In this document: piece after piece, positions 38,995 through 47,857 of the stretch
Position numbering within the stretch: position 1 is the first letter of the stretch
Layout of the letters: each line of letters starts with the position of its first letter
NCBI GenBank assembly: GCA_963675745.2
Contig: CAXXWX010000027.1
Coordinates: 177,985 to 241,984 of the forward strand
From: Phycisphaerae bacterium
GTDB lineage: Bacteria > Planctomycetota > Phycisphaerae > UBA1845 > Fen-1342
Reading direction: 5' to 3'
DNA: 64,000 nucleotides
Notes under the pieces: model-generated
Database searches by the model: none
What the model was told of the DNA's origin: nothing
The model's input: only the letters and a program-made list of their open reading frames with translations
Position numbers and translations under genes: made by a program

Positions 38995-39714
38995 ATGTTC
39001 GAATATCGATGGAAGATACCCAGCACGCCTGACGAAGACCTTGTGCTTCGGATTCACAGCCGCTCAGGCTGGTTCGGACGCAAGCAACTCACATATGGCC
39101 AGCGCCAGGTTTTCAACCGTGGCCCGTTCGCGGGGATTGAGTGCCGCTTTGCCGGCAGCCGGCCCGACGAGAAGCTGCACCTGCGCTTCGTGAGGCTCCC
39201 CGATTCTGAATCCTGGCGTCCGGCGGTGTTTCACGCGGATCAGGAACTGCCCGAGGTGACCGGCGGCCCCCTGCCACGCGTGATCACGCCGCCCGCGCCG
39301 CTGGCCGCGACGATCGGGTTGGCCTACCTGCTGATGTTCATGACGACGGTGATGCTGCCCGCGATCGTCAAGGTTTTGAACGCGCTGCACATGCAGGACG
39401 CCACCTATGACGCATCGCAAGACATCGTGCCGTGGATCACGCCAATTGTGGTCACGGCTGCGTGTCTGCTGGGCATTCTGAATATGAAGCGCGGCGCACT
39501 GTGGCTGTTTGGAATCCTGATCATCGTGGAAGGCCTGCTGTTGGTGCTTACGAGCGGGCCACTCTCGCAAACTGTATCCGCGATGGAACTGGAAGGCATG
39601 TTGTTGGCGTTCGCGAGCAGGCCGGTCTCGCTGATCGCGCTGGCGATGCAGGTTGCCCTCTGGTTGGTGGGCGCCGCATACCTGATGCCGAAGCAATCGG
39701 AACGGACGGCGTAG
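38995..39714 (+). CDS. Hypothetical membrane protein (about 4 C-terminal TM helices)
   Basis: Open frame with hydrophobic segments; ATG at 38995 downstream of the IS end and of TATACT. Confidence 0.6.
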   Translation: MFEYRWKIPSTPDEDLVLRIHSRSGWFGRKQLTYGQRQVFNRGPFAGIECRFAGSRPDEKLHLRFVRLPDSESWRPAVFHADQELPEVTGGPLPRVITPPAPLAATIGLAYLLMFMTTVMLPAIVKVLNALHMQDATYDASQDIVPWITPIVVTAACLLGILNMKRGALWLFGILIIVEGLLLVLTSGPLSQTVSAMELEGMLLAFASRPVSLIALAMQVALWLVGAAYLMPKQSERTA

Positions 39715-39759
39715 CGGTTCGGTGGGAATAGATGGAGGCGGCGATAGGCGCATGCTAGC

Positions 39760-41172
39760 ATGAGTACAGGCAACCCAGACGCCACGGCCAACGGCGTATC
39801 GAGCATCGTGCATCCGCCCGGGTTCAAAGCCCGGCGCGGCGCGAACTGGTTCATGCTCGGCCTCATGTACGCCTCGTATTACATGTGCCGCTACAACCTG
39901 GCAATCGCCGCCCCGCGCATCCTGGAACAGTTCGGGCTGAACAACGCGCAGTACGGCATGATCGGCACAGCCCGCCACCTGTCCTACGCATTTGGACAGT
40001 TCTTTAACGGATTGCTGACCGACCGGCTAGGGGGCAAGCAGGCCATGGCGCTTGGGGCCGGGCTCACGATTGTCCTCAATGTGCTGTTCGGTATGGCCTC
40101 GTTTGCCGGCGCGGGCAGTGTCCTGCTGCTTTTCATTATCATTCGCGCGTCCGACGGCTACGCCCAGGCGTTTGGCGCGCCTGGCATGGTCAAGGCCAAT
40201 ACGGCGTGGTTCGCACGGGTCGAGCGCGGGCGCTTCGCCGGCGTTTTCGGGTTGATGATTCAGTTTGGCCTGATCGCGATCAATTCGTTTGGACCATTGC
40301 TGCTGGCCGGTTGTACGATCCCGCTGCTGATCGTAACGCTGCACATCCCGCCGCTACACTGGCGCTGGCTGTTCTGGATACCGCCGTGTGTCGTGGCTGT
40401 GGTCGTGCTGTTGATGTATGTGGTAGTGAAGAACGACCCGGAAGAAGCGGGCTACCGCGTTCAGCACGCGGCCGATGAAGATCACGCCGACGCGGACCAC
40501 GATGAGCGCATCCCGCTGAGCGTGGTGTTCAAGACGATCGCGCGCAAGAAGATGGTCTGGGTGACAGCCGGTGCGTACTTCTGCACCGGCGCCGTTCGGA
40601 CGGCACAGTTCGAGTGGCTGTGGCTCTACTTCGAGGGCGAATGGGGGCTGGATTCGCGCAAGTCGGCACTAGTGGCCCTGACCGGCGCCTTGATGCCAAT
40701 CACGGCGGTCATCGGCTCACTAAGCTCCGGCTTCATCTCGGACCTGCTCTTCAAGGGGCGCCGCGCACCGGTGGCGATGGCCCTGTACGGGCTTGAGAGC
40801 CTCTGTATTCTCGCGGCGGCGATCCTGTTGGGCAACTCGGCGACGACCAGCGCGGGGCTGGCCGCGATAATGACGCTCGCAATCTCGTTCACGTGCAACT
40901 CGACGCACTCGATCCTGGGAACGGCGGCGGCGATGGATCTGGGCGGCCGCAAGATGGCCGGGTTTGCGGCAGGTGTGATCGACTCCTTCCAGTACTTCGG
41001 CGCTGCGGTCGCCGGGTTTGGCTTGGGACACCTCATTGACTACGCAATCAAGAACACGGCGCTCGGCTGGACGGCGTGGTTCTGGTTCATGTTGCCATTC
41101 AGCGTGATCGGTATGCTGCTGATGGGATACGTCTGGTGGCGAACCCGCGGCCGAAATGTGACCGGATCCTGA
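39760..41172 (+). CDS. MFS transporter, OPA (GlpT/UhpC-like) family
   Basis: YASYYMCRYNL, GLLTDRLGG, WFARVERG, GFISDLLFKGRR, GFAAGVIDSFQYFG; about 12 TMs. Confidence 0.85.
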   Translation: MSTGNPDATANGVSSIVHPPGFKARRGANWFMLGLMYASYYMCRYNLAIAAPRILEQFGLNNAQYGMIGTARHLSYAFGQFFNGLLTDRLGGKQAMALGAGLTIVLNVLFGMASFAGAGSVLLLFIIIRASDGYAQAFGAPGMVKANTAWFARVERGRFAGVFGLMIQFGLIAINSFGPLLLAGCTIPLLIVTLHIPPLHWRWLFWIPPCVVAVVVLLMYVVVKNDPEEAGYRVQHAADEDHADADHDERIPLSVVFKTIARKKMVWVTAGAYFCTGAVRTAQFEWLWLYFEGEWGLDSRKSALVALTGALMPITAVIGSLSSGFISDLLFKGRRAPVAMALYGLESLCILAAAILLGNSATTSAGLAAIMTLAISFTCNSTHSILGTAAAMDLGGRKMAGFAAGVIDSFQYFGAAVAGFGLGHLIDYAIKNTALGWTAWFWFMLPFSVIGMLLMGYVWWRTRGRNVTGS

Positions 41173-41262
41173 CGACGACACGCAGCGCTTGCCGATCGGG
41201 TGACCGGCCGGCTATTCCGAGATCAACCCATTCTGCGAGCAGTGGCCCGGCATCAGAGCCCA

Positions 41263-41342
41263 GTTACGGCCTGCGCCTCGCAGGCCGTCGACGCCGAGTG
41301 GCCCTTTCAGTATCCTGCGGCCTGCGAGGCGCAGGCCGTTAC
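41263..41342. repeat. REP-like inverted doublet
   Basis: CGGCCTGCGCCTCGCAGGCCG and its reverse complement, bounded by GTTA...TTAC. Confidence 0.7.
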
Positions 41343-41452
41343 ATTGCCCAGCGCCACGGTGCCGGCGCCGGGCTGTTCGGCGCTGGTACGGTATTCCGTC
41401 CTTTTTTCCAGGAAGCTCGCGCGGTTTACTGCCGTGAGATGAGGTGTGCTCG

Positions 41453-42319
41453 ATGACCGCCAAACTCGAAGACTACGTGGGGAAAGTGACCGTCACCGAT
41501 GGCGCATGGGGGACGGAGCTCGACAAGCTCGGCTGTCCTCCGGGCTTCTGCCGCGAGGAATGGAACATCAGTCAGCCGGACTACGTCGAACAGGTCGCGT
41601 CGGCCTACGTGGCCGCCGGATCGCGGATCATCCTGACGAATACGTTCGGCGGCAACCGCTTTGTGCTCGCGCGTCACGAGCGCGCGGACAAGGTGGCCGA
41701 GTTCAACATCGCCGGAGCACAGATCAGCAAACGCGCCGCCGGGGCGAAAGCCAGGGTCTTTGGCTCGATCGGTCCCAGCGGCAGCATGATCATCACCGGC
41801 GAGGTTACAGAGGACGAGTTGTTCGCCGGGTTCAAAGCGCAAGCCGAGGCCCTCGCCGAAGGCGGTGTCGACGCGCTGGTTGTCGAGACAATGGCCGATC
41901 TGACCGAGGGTTGCGCGGCGGTTCGCGCCGCCAAGACCACCGGCCTGATGGTGGTGGCCTGCATGACTTATGACTCGGGCAAAGACCAGACGCGCACCAT
42001 GATGGGTGTCACTCCCGAGCAGGCCGCCGCCGCCTTTGACGAGGCGGGGGCCGACGTGGTCGGGTGCAACTGCGGTGTGGGTATCGAGAACTATGTCAGG
42101 GTCACCGCGATGTACCGACAGGTCACGACGAAACCGATCTGGGTCAAAGCCAACGCCGGCATGCCGGTGGTGAAGGATGGCCAGGCGGTCTACAACATGC
42201 AGCCGGAGACCTTTGCGCAACAGGTGAAGGAACTGGTGGCGGCGGGAGCGAATTTCGTCGGCGGCTGCTGCGGCACCAGCCCGGAGTTCATCGCCGCCAT
42301 GGCCCGGATGTCATACTAG
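41453..42319 (+). CDS. Homocysteine S-methyltransferase family protein (stand-alone Hcy-binding domain)
   Basis: TDGAWGTEL, TNTFG, GSIGPSG, VETM, GCNC, KANAGMP, GGCCGT. Confidence 0.9.
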   Translation: MTAKLEDYVGKVTVTDGAWGTELDKLGCPPGFCREEWNISQPDYVEQVASAYVAAGSRIILTNTFGGNRFVLARHERADKVAEFNIAGAQISKRAAGAKARVFGSIGPSGSMIITGEVTEDELFAGFKAQAEALAEGGVDALVVETMADLTEGCAAVRAAKTTGLMVVACMTYDSGKDQTRTMMGVTPEQAAAAFDEAGADVVGCNCGVGIENYVRVTAMYRQVTTKPIWVKANAGMPVVKDGQAVYNMQPETFAQQVKELVAAGANFVGGCCGTSPEFIAAMARMSY

Positions 42320-42372
42320 CGGGGACTCGGCCGCGGAAGGTCCGCATGCCGTGCGAAAGCTCGGCGCGAATC

Positions 42373-42452
42373 GTAACGGCCGGCGCCCCGCCGGCCGCCG
42401 AACGTCGAGAAACCCGCTTCGCGCCGACGACCTGCGAGGCGCGGGCCGCTAC
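42373..42452. repeat. REP-like inverted doublet between convergent genes
   Basis: GTAACGGCCGGCGCCCCGCCGGCCG ... CCTGCGAGGCGCGGGCCGCTAC. Confidence 0.65.
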
Positions 42453-42462
42453 AGTTGGCGAA

Positions 42463-42906
42463 TCAATGATCTTCGGGGCGGCGTTTGCGGCAGTAGACGA
42501 CTGGGAACTCCTCGTAGCCCAGCCGGCGACACAACTCGCGCGAGGCGTCGTTGTGTTCTTCGACCAGCGCCGAGACTATGTGAACGCCCTGTGCAAAGAG
42601 CGCGCTTTCCGCCGCTTCGCTCAGACGCCGGGCAATGCCGCGCCGGCGATAGTCGGGATGCACGGCCAGGCGATTGAGCCAGCCCTTGCGCCGCTCATGC
42701 GTACCCAGGAGCACACCGACCACGTTTCCCGCGTGTTCGGCCACCAGGTAGCTGTCCCCAAACAACTCCAGTTGCCAGCGGATGGCCTCGCGTGAATCGC
42801 GACCGTGCGGGCGTGGTGTCAGACCGCCCGTCTGCCACAGGTCAAGCACCGCCGAGTAATCTTCGAGGGTCATCGAGCGAATAGTGATATCCGAACTGCC
42901 GTGCAT
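42463..42906 (-). CDS. GNAT family N-acetyltransferase
   Basis: ITIRSMTLEDY, KGWLNRLAVHPDYRRRGIA, N..S....RRLGY. Confidence 0.9.
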   Translation of the reverse strand: MHGSSDITIRSMTLEDYSAVLDLWQTGGLTPRPHGRDSREAIRWQLELFGDSYLVAEHAGNVVGVLLGTHERRKGWLNRLAVHPDYRRRGIARRLSEAAESALFAQGVHIVSALVEEHNDASRELCRRLGYEEFPVVYCRKRRPEDH

Positions 42907-43014
42907 CGCGCAAGTTGTCTCCTGCATGGGCCGCGCCGTTCGCCGTGCGCGGCCCGTGCAGGATACCCTTGCGCTGACGGATGTCGAGTCAGCCCGGTGA
43001 TGCTCGAAATTGCG

Positions 43015-43662
43015 GGGTGCGTGACACTTGCGGCGGGACGTTGGCAGCGGTGGTCCGGTGAGGCTTGCCCCAGAGGGGCATGGGGCCGGTGCCACGGGTG
43101 CAGCGCAGCTTAACCCGTGAGCACGGTCTGCTCAGCCGCGACTCTTCGCCCTGAAGGGGCGCAGGCGCATGGCCACGGGTGGAGCGCAGCGCAACCCGTG
43201 GATAGGATGCGGGCTGACATGTCATTCCGCCCCGCAGGGGCGGGGGAGGCGCGCAGGCCGGGGACCTTCACGCGATTGCTCTATCACGTGGCCTTCAGCA
43301 CCAAGCACCGCGCCGACCTCATCGCCACGGAGCTGCAACCACGCCTGTACGAGCACGTCGCAGTTCGAGATCGTGCGGCGATATATCCAAGTTCAGGCGG
43401 CGCATCATGGTCGACGAGGATTCGTGGAGGAGCCGAAGGCGTTGCTGGACGCACACGGGATCGAGCACGACGCGCGATACCTGGAGGGCTGAGCGCATCT
43501 TCCGCCGCCCCTGCGGGGCGGAGAGCTTGTGGTGGCGGACCGTGTCCACGGGTTCCGCTGCGCTCCACCCGTGGCTACGCGCCCACGCTCCTCCGGAGCG
43601 AAACGCTCGTGCCCGGGCCGCTGGCACGGATGACCACACGCCGCCGATTCTGTCACGCACAC
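43015..43662 (+). mobile_element. 648-bp non-autonomous element (copy 1) with REP-like hairpins and a tnpA remnant
   Basis: TIR-like ends GGGTGCGTGACACTTGCGGCGG and (reverse complement) GTGTGCGTGACAGAATCGGCGG; 9-bp TSD GAAATTGCG at 43006-43014 and 43663-43671; near-identical to 61941-62588. Confidence 0.92.
43258..43492 (+). pseudogene. Internally deleted IS200/RAYT-like Y1 transposase remnant
   Basis: PGTFTRLLYHVAFSTKHR..I..ELQPRLYE is joined out of frame to VRRYIQVQAAHH..F.EE..ALLDAHGIEHDARYL; the central HUH segment is absent. Confidence 0.8.
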
Positions 43663-43713
43663 GAAATTGCGCCGCAGCGCAAGAATTGCGCCACGTAGTG
43701 CCCGGCGGCGCTG

Positions 43714-44340
43714 CTATTTACGTGCAGCGCTGCGTTGGTGGTTGATGTCCTTCAGCTCGATGATCAGCAACGTGACGGAGTCTGGACTCTGCGGGTTGAG
43801 CCACTGCACGACGCTCGTATTCGTGCGCATGCGCAGGAGTGACTCGGTGCTGATCTGGCGGTCACGGTGATTGAACTCGAGCCCGAGGCGTAGAGTGGCG
43901 CTCTTCTGCGTGACGTCGGTCGGCCAGACGATCAAGCGCCCGGCGCGGCCACGATCGCCGAGCAGGAGTTTGCCGGGCCCACCCTCGAAGACCGTCGTCT
44001 GAGGCGCCTTGGCCATGGCGCTCTGTCGTTGTGGATTCGTCATGTTGACCAGTGCGCCGATCTGCCGACTGGTGACGACGACCGCGTCAGAGCTGTTCAC
44101 GTTGAGCAGATCGAGCACCGCCCTGCCTTCGGCGCGCTCGAAGTTGAGCACGCGGGCTGCGACGGTCACGGCGGCCCGGTCCTGGTTCATTGGTGTCTTG
44201 GGGCGTGTATCGACATTGGCCGCCAGCGCCGGCTTCTGTCTAGCCTGGTGCTGCCTGGTGGGCGCCGGGCCGGCGGTGCGCGGATCGGTGGTGGCGCAGC
44301 CAATCAATGGCAAGAGCAACAGCACTATGTAAACTCGCAT
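43714..44340 (-). CDS. Hypothetical lipoprotein
   Basis: AAGGAGG RBS; MRVYIVLLLLPLIGC lipobox. Confidence 0.7.
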   Translation of the reverse strand: MRVYIVLLLLPLIGCATTDPRTAGPAPTRQHQARQKPALAANVDTRPKTPMNQDRAAVTVAARVLNFERAEGRAVLDLLNVNSSDAVVVTSRQIGALVNMTNPQRQSAMAKAPQTTVFEGGPGKLLLGDRGRAGRLIVWPTDVTQKSATLRLGLEFNHRDRQISTESLLRMRTNTSVVQWLNPQSPDSVTLLIIELKDINHQRSAARK

Positions 44341-44691
44341 GCGGGGCCTCCTTACGTGGATCGGATCGCGCCGAACGCGCGGTCGGTTTTCCAGGAAACT
44401 CTCCCCGGCCTCCGTCGCCGGGCCGGGTGATACCGGCCATGCGCCGCAAGCTGCGGCCACTTGGCCATCGAATCTCCTGTACCCAGGTTTTCGGCGTATC
44501 GACGACCCGAGGTTTACCGCAGCTTTGTTGGTCAATGGCGCGAACGGGGATGCGTGGCCGAACGGGTTTGGTAAACTGGCGCCTCGACGTGCGGCGCGTG
44601 CGCCAATTGGCGTGTCGGCTCTGCGACAAGCTGGAGATAGTGCCGCCGCGCGTATGACGGCTGTTGCTTTAATCCCAGGATCGAGACAAGC

Positions 44692-45531
44692 ATGAGCGAT
44701 ACAAAAAACGCGACATTCAGCGGCCGGGGATTCACATCGGTGGCGACGACGCTGTGCTTTCTCGCTCTGGCGGTGACGGGTGTGGGGTTATTCGTCACAC
44801 CACCGGGACGCGTCGCCTACTGGACCGATTGGCGTCTGTTGGGGCTCACCAAGGACAACTGGAGCGCCATACACATCTGGTTTGGCCTCTTGTTCCTGAT
44901 CGCTTCCGGTTTCCACATCTGGCTGAACTGGCGAACCTTGCTCGGTTACTTCAAGAGCACGGTGACGCGGCGATTCGCCCTGCGCCGGGAGTGGGCGCTG
45001 GCGCTGATTCTGGCGGTCACCGTGGTGTCCGGGACGCTCCTGGAGGTGCCGCCCTTCTCATCGCTGGTGGCCTTCAACGAGATGGTCAAGGCCAGTTGGG
45101 AGCGGCGTGACGAGCGCGCGCCGATTCCGCACGCCGAGTTGCTGTCGCTGCGTGAGCTTTCCAGCCAAGCAAACCTGGATTGGGAGGCCATGATCGCGCG
45201 AATGAAAGCCAAGGGGATTACGGTCGATTCGCCGGAGTCGATTCTGGGCGATCTGGCGCGCGCGCACGGCATGACTCCCGCCGAGCTCTACAACATCGCC
45301 ACTGGCGCAAACAGCGCGGAAAGCAGTCGGCACGCAGGGGGTGGTGGCGGGATGGGCCGAAAGACGCTCAGACAATTCTGCGCCGATGAGGGGCTCGAAT
45401 TGGCCGTGGCGCTGGAGCGGCTCCGCGCGGCAGGGCTGGAAGCCGACGCGCAGATGACGATGCGCGACATCGCGACGCAGGGCAACCTGCATCCGCCCGA
45501 CCTGCGAAAGATCCTGAGCGAGCGACCCTGA
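44692..45531 (+). CDS. DUF4405-like membrane protein
   Basis: LAVTGVGLF.TPPGRVAYW..W.LLGLTKDNWSAIHIW...FHIWLNW; PIPHAELLSL. Confidence 0.75.
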   Translation: MSDTKNATFSGRGFTSVATTLCFLALAVTGVGLFVTPPGRVAYWTDWRLLGLTKDNWSAIHIWFGLLFLIASGFHIWLNWRTLLGYFKSTVTRRFALRREWALALILAVTVVSGTLLEVPPFSSLVAFNEMVKASWERRDERAPIPHAELLSLRELSSQANLDWEAMIARMKAKGITVDSPESILGDLARAHGMTPAELYNIATGANSAESSRHAGGGGGMGRKTLRQFCADEGLELAVALERLRAAGLEADAQMTMRDIATQGNLHPPDLRKILSERP

Positions 45532-45581
45532 GCCGACAACCCGCGCGGAACGCCGGCGCGCGGGCAATCCGCCCGCCTGGC

Positions 45582-46556
45582 TTACTCAATCCCCTCGGCG
45601 GCCAGCCAGCGTTCGGCGTCGAGGGCGGCCATGCAGCCGGTGCCGGCGGCGGTTACCGCCTGGCGATAGGTGTGGTCGGCCACGTCGCCGGCGGCAAATA
45701 CGCCCGTGACGCTGGTGTAGGTGCTGCCGGGGGTCGCCAGCTTGATGTACTTCTTGTCGTCCAGCTCGAGGGAATCGGCAAAGAGGGTCGTGTTCGGCGT
45801 GTGGCCGATCGCCATGAACAGGCCCTTGCAAGGCAGGTCGCGCTGCTCTTCGGTCTTGACGTTCTTGAGGCGTACGCCGGTGATCGACTCATCGCCGAGC
45901 ACATCGACCAATACGGAATCCCAAACGAGTTCGAGCTTGCCGGTTTGCTCGAGCTTCATGGCGCGCTCCTGCATGGCCTTGCTGGCGCGCAACTGGTCAC
46001 GGCGGTGGATCAGGGACACTTTCGACGCGAACTTTGTCAGGTAGCTGGCCTCCTCGACCGCCGAGTCGCCGCCGCCAACGACGACGAGGTGCTGTCCGCG
46101 ATAGATCGGCATGGCGCCGTCACAGACAGCGCACGCCGAGACACCGCCGCCACTCTCGGCCAGGCGTTTCTCGTTCGCGAGGCCGAGCCAGTTCGCCCGC
46201 GCGCCCGTGGCAATGATGATCGCGTGCGCCTGGACGGTGTGACCGGTGCTCTTGATCGTGAACGGCCGGTGCGCGATGTCCACCTCGGTGACGTCTTCGC
46301 GAATGAACCGCGTTTCGAAGCGCTCGGCCTGGTCTCGGAAGCGCTTCATCATCTCCGGGCCCATGATGCCTTCGGGGAAACCCGGGAAGTTCTCGACATC
46401 AGTGGTAAACATCAACTGGCCGCCCGGAATGAGACCGGCGGCGTTAAAGCCCTCAAAGCAGAGCGGCTTGAGATCTGCGCGAGCGGCGTAGATGGCCGCC
46501 GTCAGACCGGCCGGGCCGGACCCGATGATAACGACTTTCTCGATGGTATCAGCCAT
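45582..46556 (-). CDS. trxB: Thioredoxin-disulfide reductase
   Basis: GSGPAGLTAA, GGQL..TTDVENFPG, CAVCDG, GGGDSA.EE, HRRDQLRAS, YRQAVTAAG. Confidence 0.97.
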   Translation of the reverse strand: MADTIEKVVIIGSGPAGLTAAIYAARADLKPLCFEGFNAAGLIPGGQLMFTTDVENFPGFPEGIMGPEMMKRFRDQAERFETRFIREDVTEVDIAHRPFTIKSTGHTVQAHAIIIATGARANWLGLANEKRLAESGGGVSACAVCDGAMPIYRGQHLVVVGGGDSAVEEASYLTKFASKVSLIHRRDQLRASKAMQERAMKLEQTGKLELVWDSVLVDVLGDESITGVRLKNVKTEEQRDLPCKGLFMAIGHTPNTTLFADSLELDDKKYIKLATPGSTYTSVTGVFAAGDVADHTYRQAVTAAGTGCMAALDAERWLAAEGIE

Positions 46557-46655
46557 TGCTGGACCTTTCAGAACCTGATGTTGAGCCAGGGGTTATGCGA
46601 CTACGGCGCGTGTCCGACCGGAAATCGGCGTTCCACGCTGTTGCGCCGGTTGCGG

Positions 46656-47810
46656 TTACTTCTTGTTGCCCTCGCCGGAGTCGTCGGCGGTGCCATCGTC
46701 CATCTTCTTGTGCATCATGCCGCCCGGCCCGGCTTGACCACGCAGCTTCTCATCAATTTTCTTCTGCAATTCGGCAGGAGCCTGGGCGTGTTCGAGCACC
46801 TCTTCGGCGGCGACGATGCCCTCGTCGTAGAACAACCACAAGTGGTCATCGAGCAACTGCATGCCGAATTTCTTGCCGGTCTGGATGGCCGAGTTGATGC
46901 GATAGGTCTTGTTCTCGCGGATCAGGTTGGAGATGGCCGCCGTGATGACCAGGAACTCATAGGCCGCCCGGCGTCCCTGACCATCGGCGGTCGGCAATAG
47001 CGCCTGGGACAAAATGGCCAGCAGGTTCGTGCTGAGCTGCACGCGGATCTGCTCCTGTTGCGCCACGGGGAACGCGTCGATGATACGGTTGATCGTGCCC
47101 TGCGCACCGGTCGTGTGCAACGTGGCAAACACCAAGTGGCCGGTTTCGGCGGCACGGATCGCCGCTTCCATCGTCTCCAGGTCGCGCATCTCGCCGACCA
47201 GAATCACATCCGGGTCCATTCGCAGCGAACGCCGCAGGGCCTCGGCAAAACTGGGGACATCGATGCCCACCTCGCGCTGGGAAAAACACGACTTGTAGTG
47301 GTTGTGATAATACTCAATCGGATCTTCGATACTGATGATGTGGCGATCGAAGTTGCGGTTGATGTAGTCAAGCATCGTCGCCAGGGTTGTGGTCTTGCCG
47401 GAACCGGTCGGCCCGGTGACGAGGAACAAGCCGCGCGGCCGCCGGCACAGCGACTTCACGATCGGCGGCAGGCCAATCTCCTCAAACGTGAGGATGCGTG
47501 ACGGAATCAGTCGCAACACCAGTGAGACATTTCCACGCTGTCGGAACACGGAGACACGAAAACGCCCCTTGTCGCCGAACGCGAAGCCGAAGTCGGTTCC
47601 GCCCTCTTCCTGGAGTTCCTGCTGGTTGCGCTCGGGTGTGACTGACTTCATGAGCGCGACGGTATCGTCGGGTTCGAGTGTCTTGGTTTCGAGGCTGCGC
47701 AGACGGCTGTGAATGCGGAGTACGGGGGCTCGTCCGACGTGCAGGTGAATGTCGGACGCGCCGACACGGATACAGGTTTCCAACAGGCGATCAATATGAA
47801 CAGTTGCCAC
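46656..47810 (-). CDS. pilT: Type IV pilus retraction ATPase PilT
   Basis: ASDIHL, GPTGSGKTTTLA, EDPIEY, LRMDPDVILVGEMRD, AETGHLVFATLHT, ISNLIRE. Confidence 0.95.
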   Translation of the reverse strand: MATVHIDRLLETCIRVGASDIHLHVGRAPVLRIHSRLRSLETKTLEPDDTVALMKSVTPERNQQELQEEGGTDFGFAFGDKGRFRVSVFRQRGNVSLVLRLIPSRILTFEEIGLPPIVKSLCRRPRGLFLVTGPTGSGKTTTLATMLDYINRNFDRHIISIEDPIEYYHNHYKSCFSQREVGIDVPSFAEALRRSLRMDPDVILVGEMRDLETMEAAIRAAETGHLVFATLHTTGAQGTINRIIDAFPVAQQEQIRVQLSTNLLAILSQALLPTADGQGRRAAYEFLVITAAISNLIRENKTYRINSAIQTGKKFGMQLLDDHLWLFYDEGIVAAEEVLEHAQAPAELQKKIDEKLRGQAGPGGMMHKKMDDGTADDSGEGNKK

Positions 47811-47857
47811 TTTGGGGCCTCATCCAACTAGGCGGCCGTCAGCCGTCGTCTGGGTAA

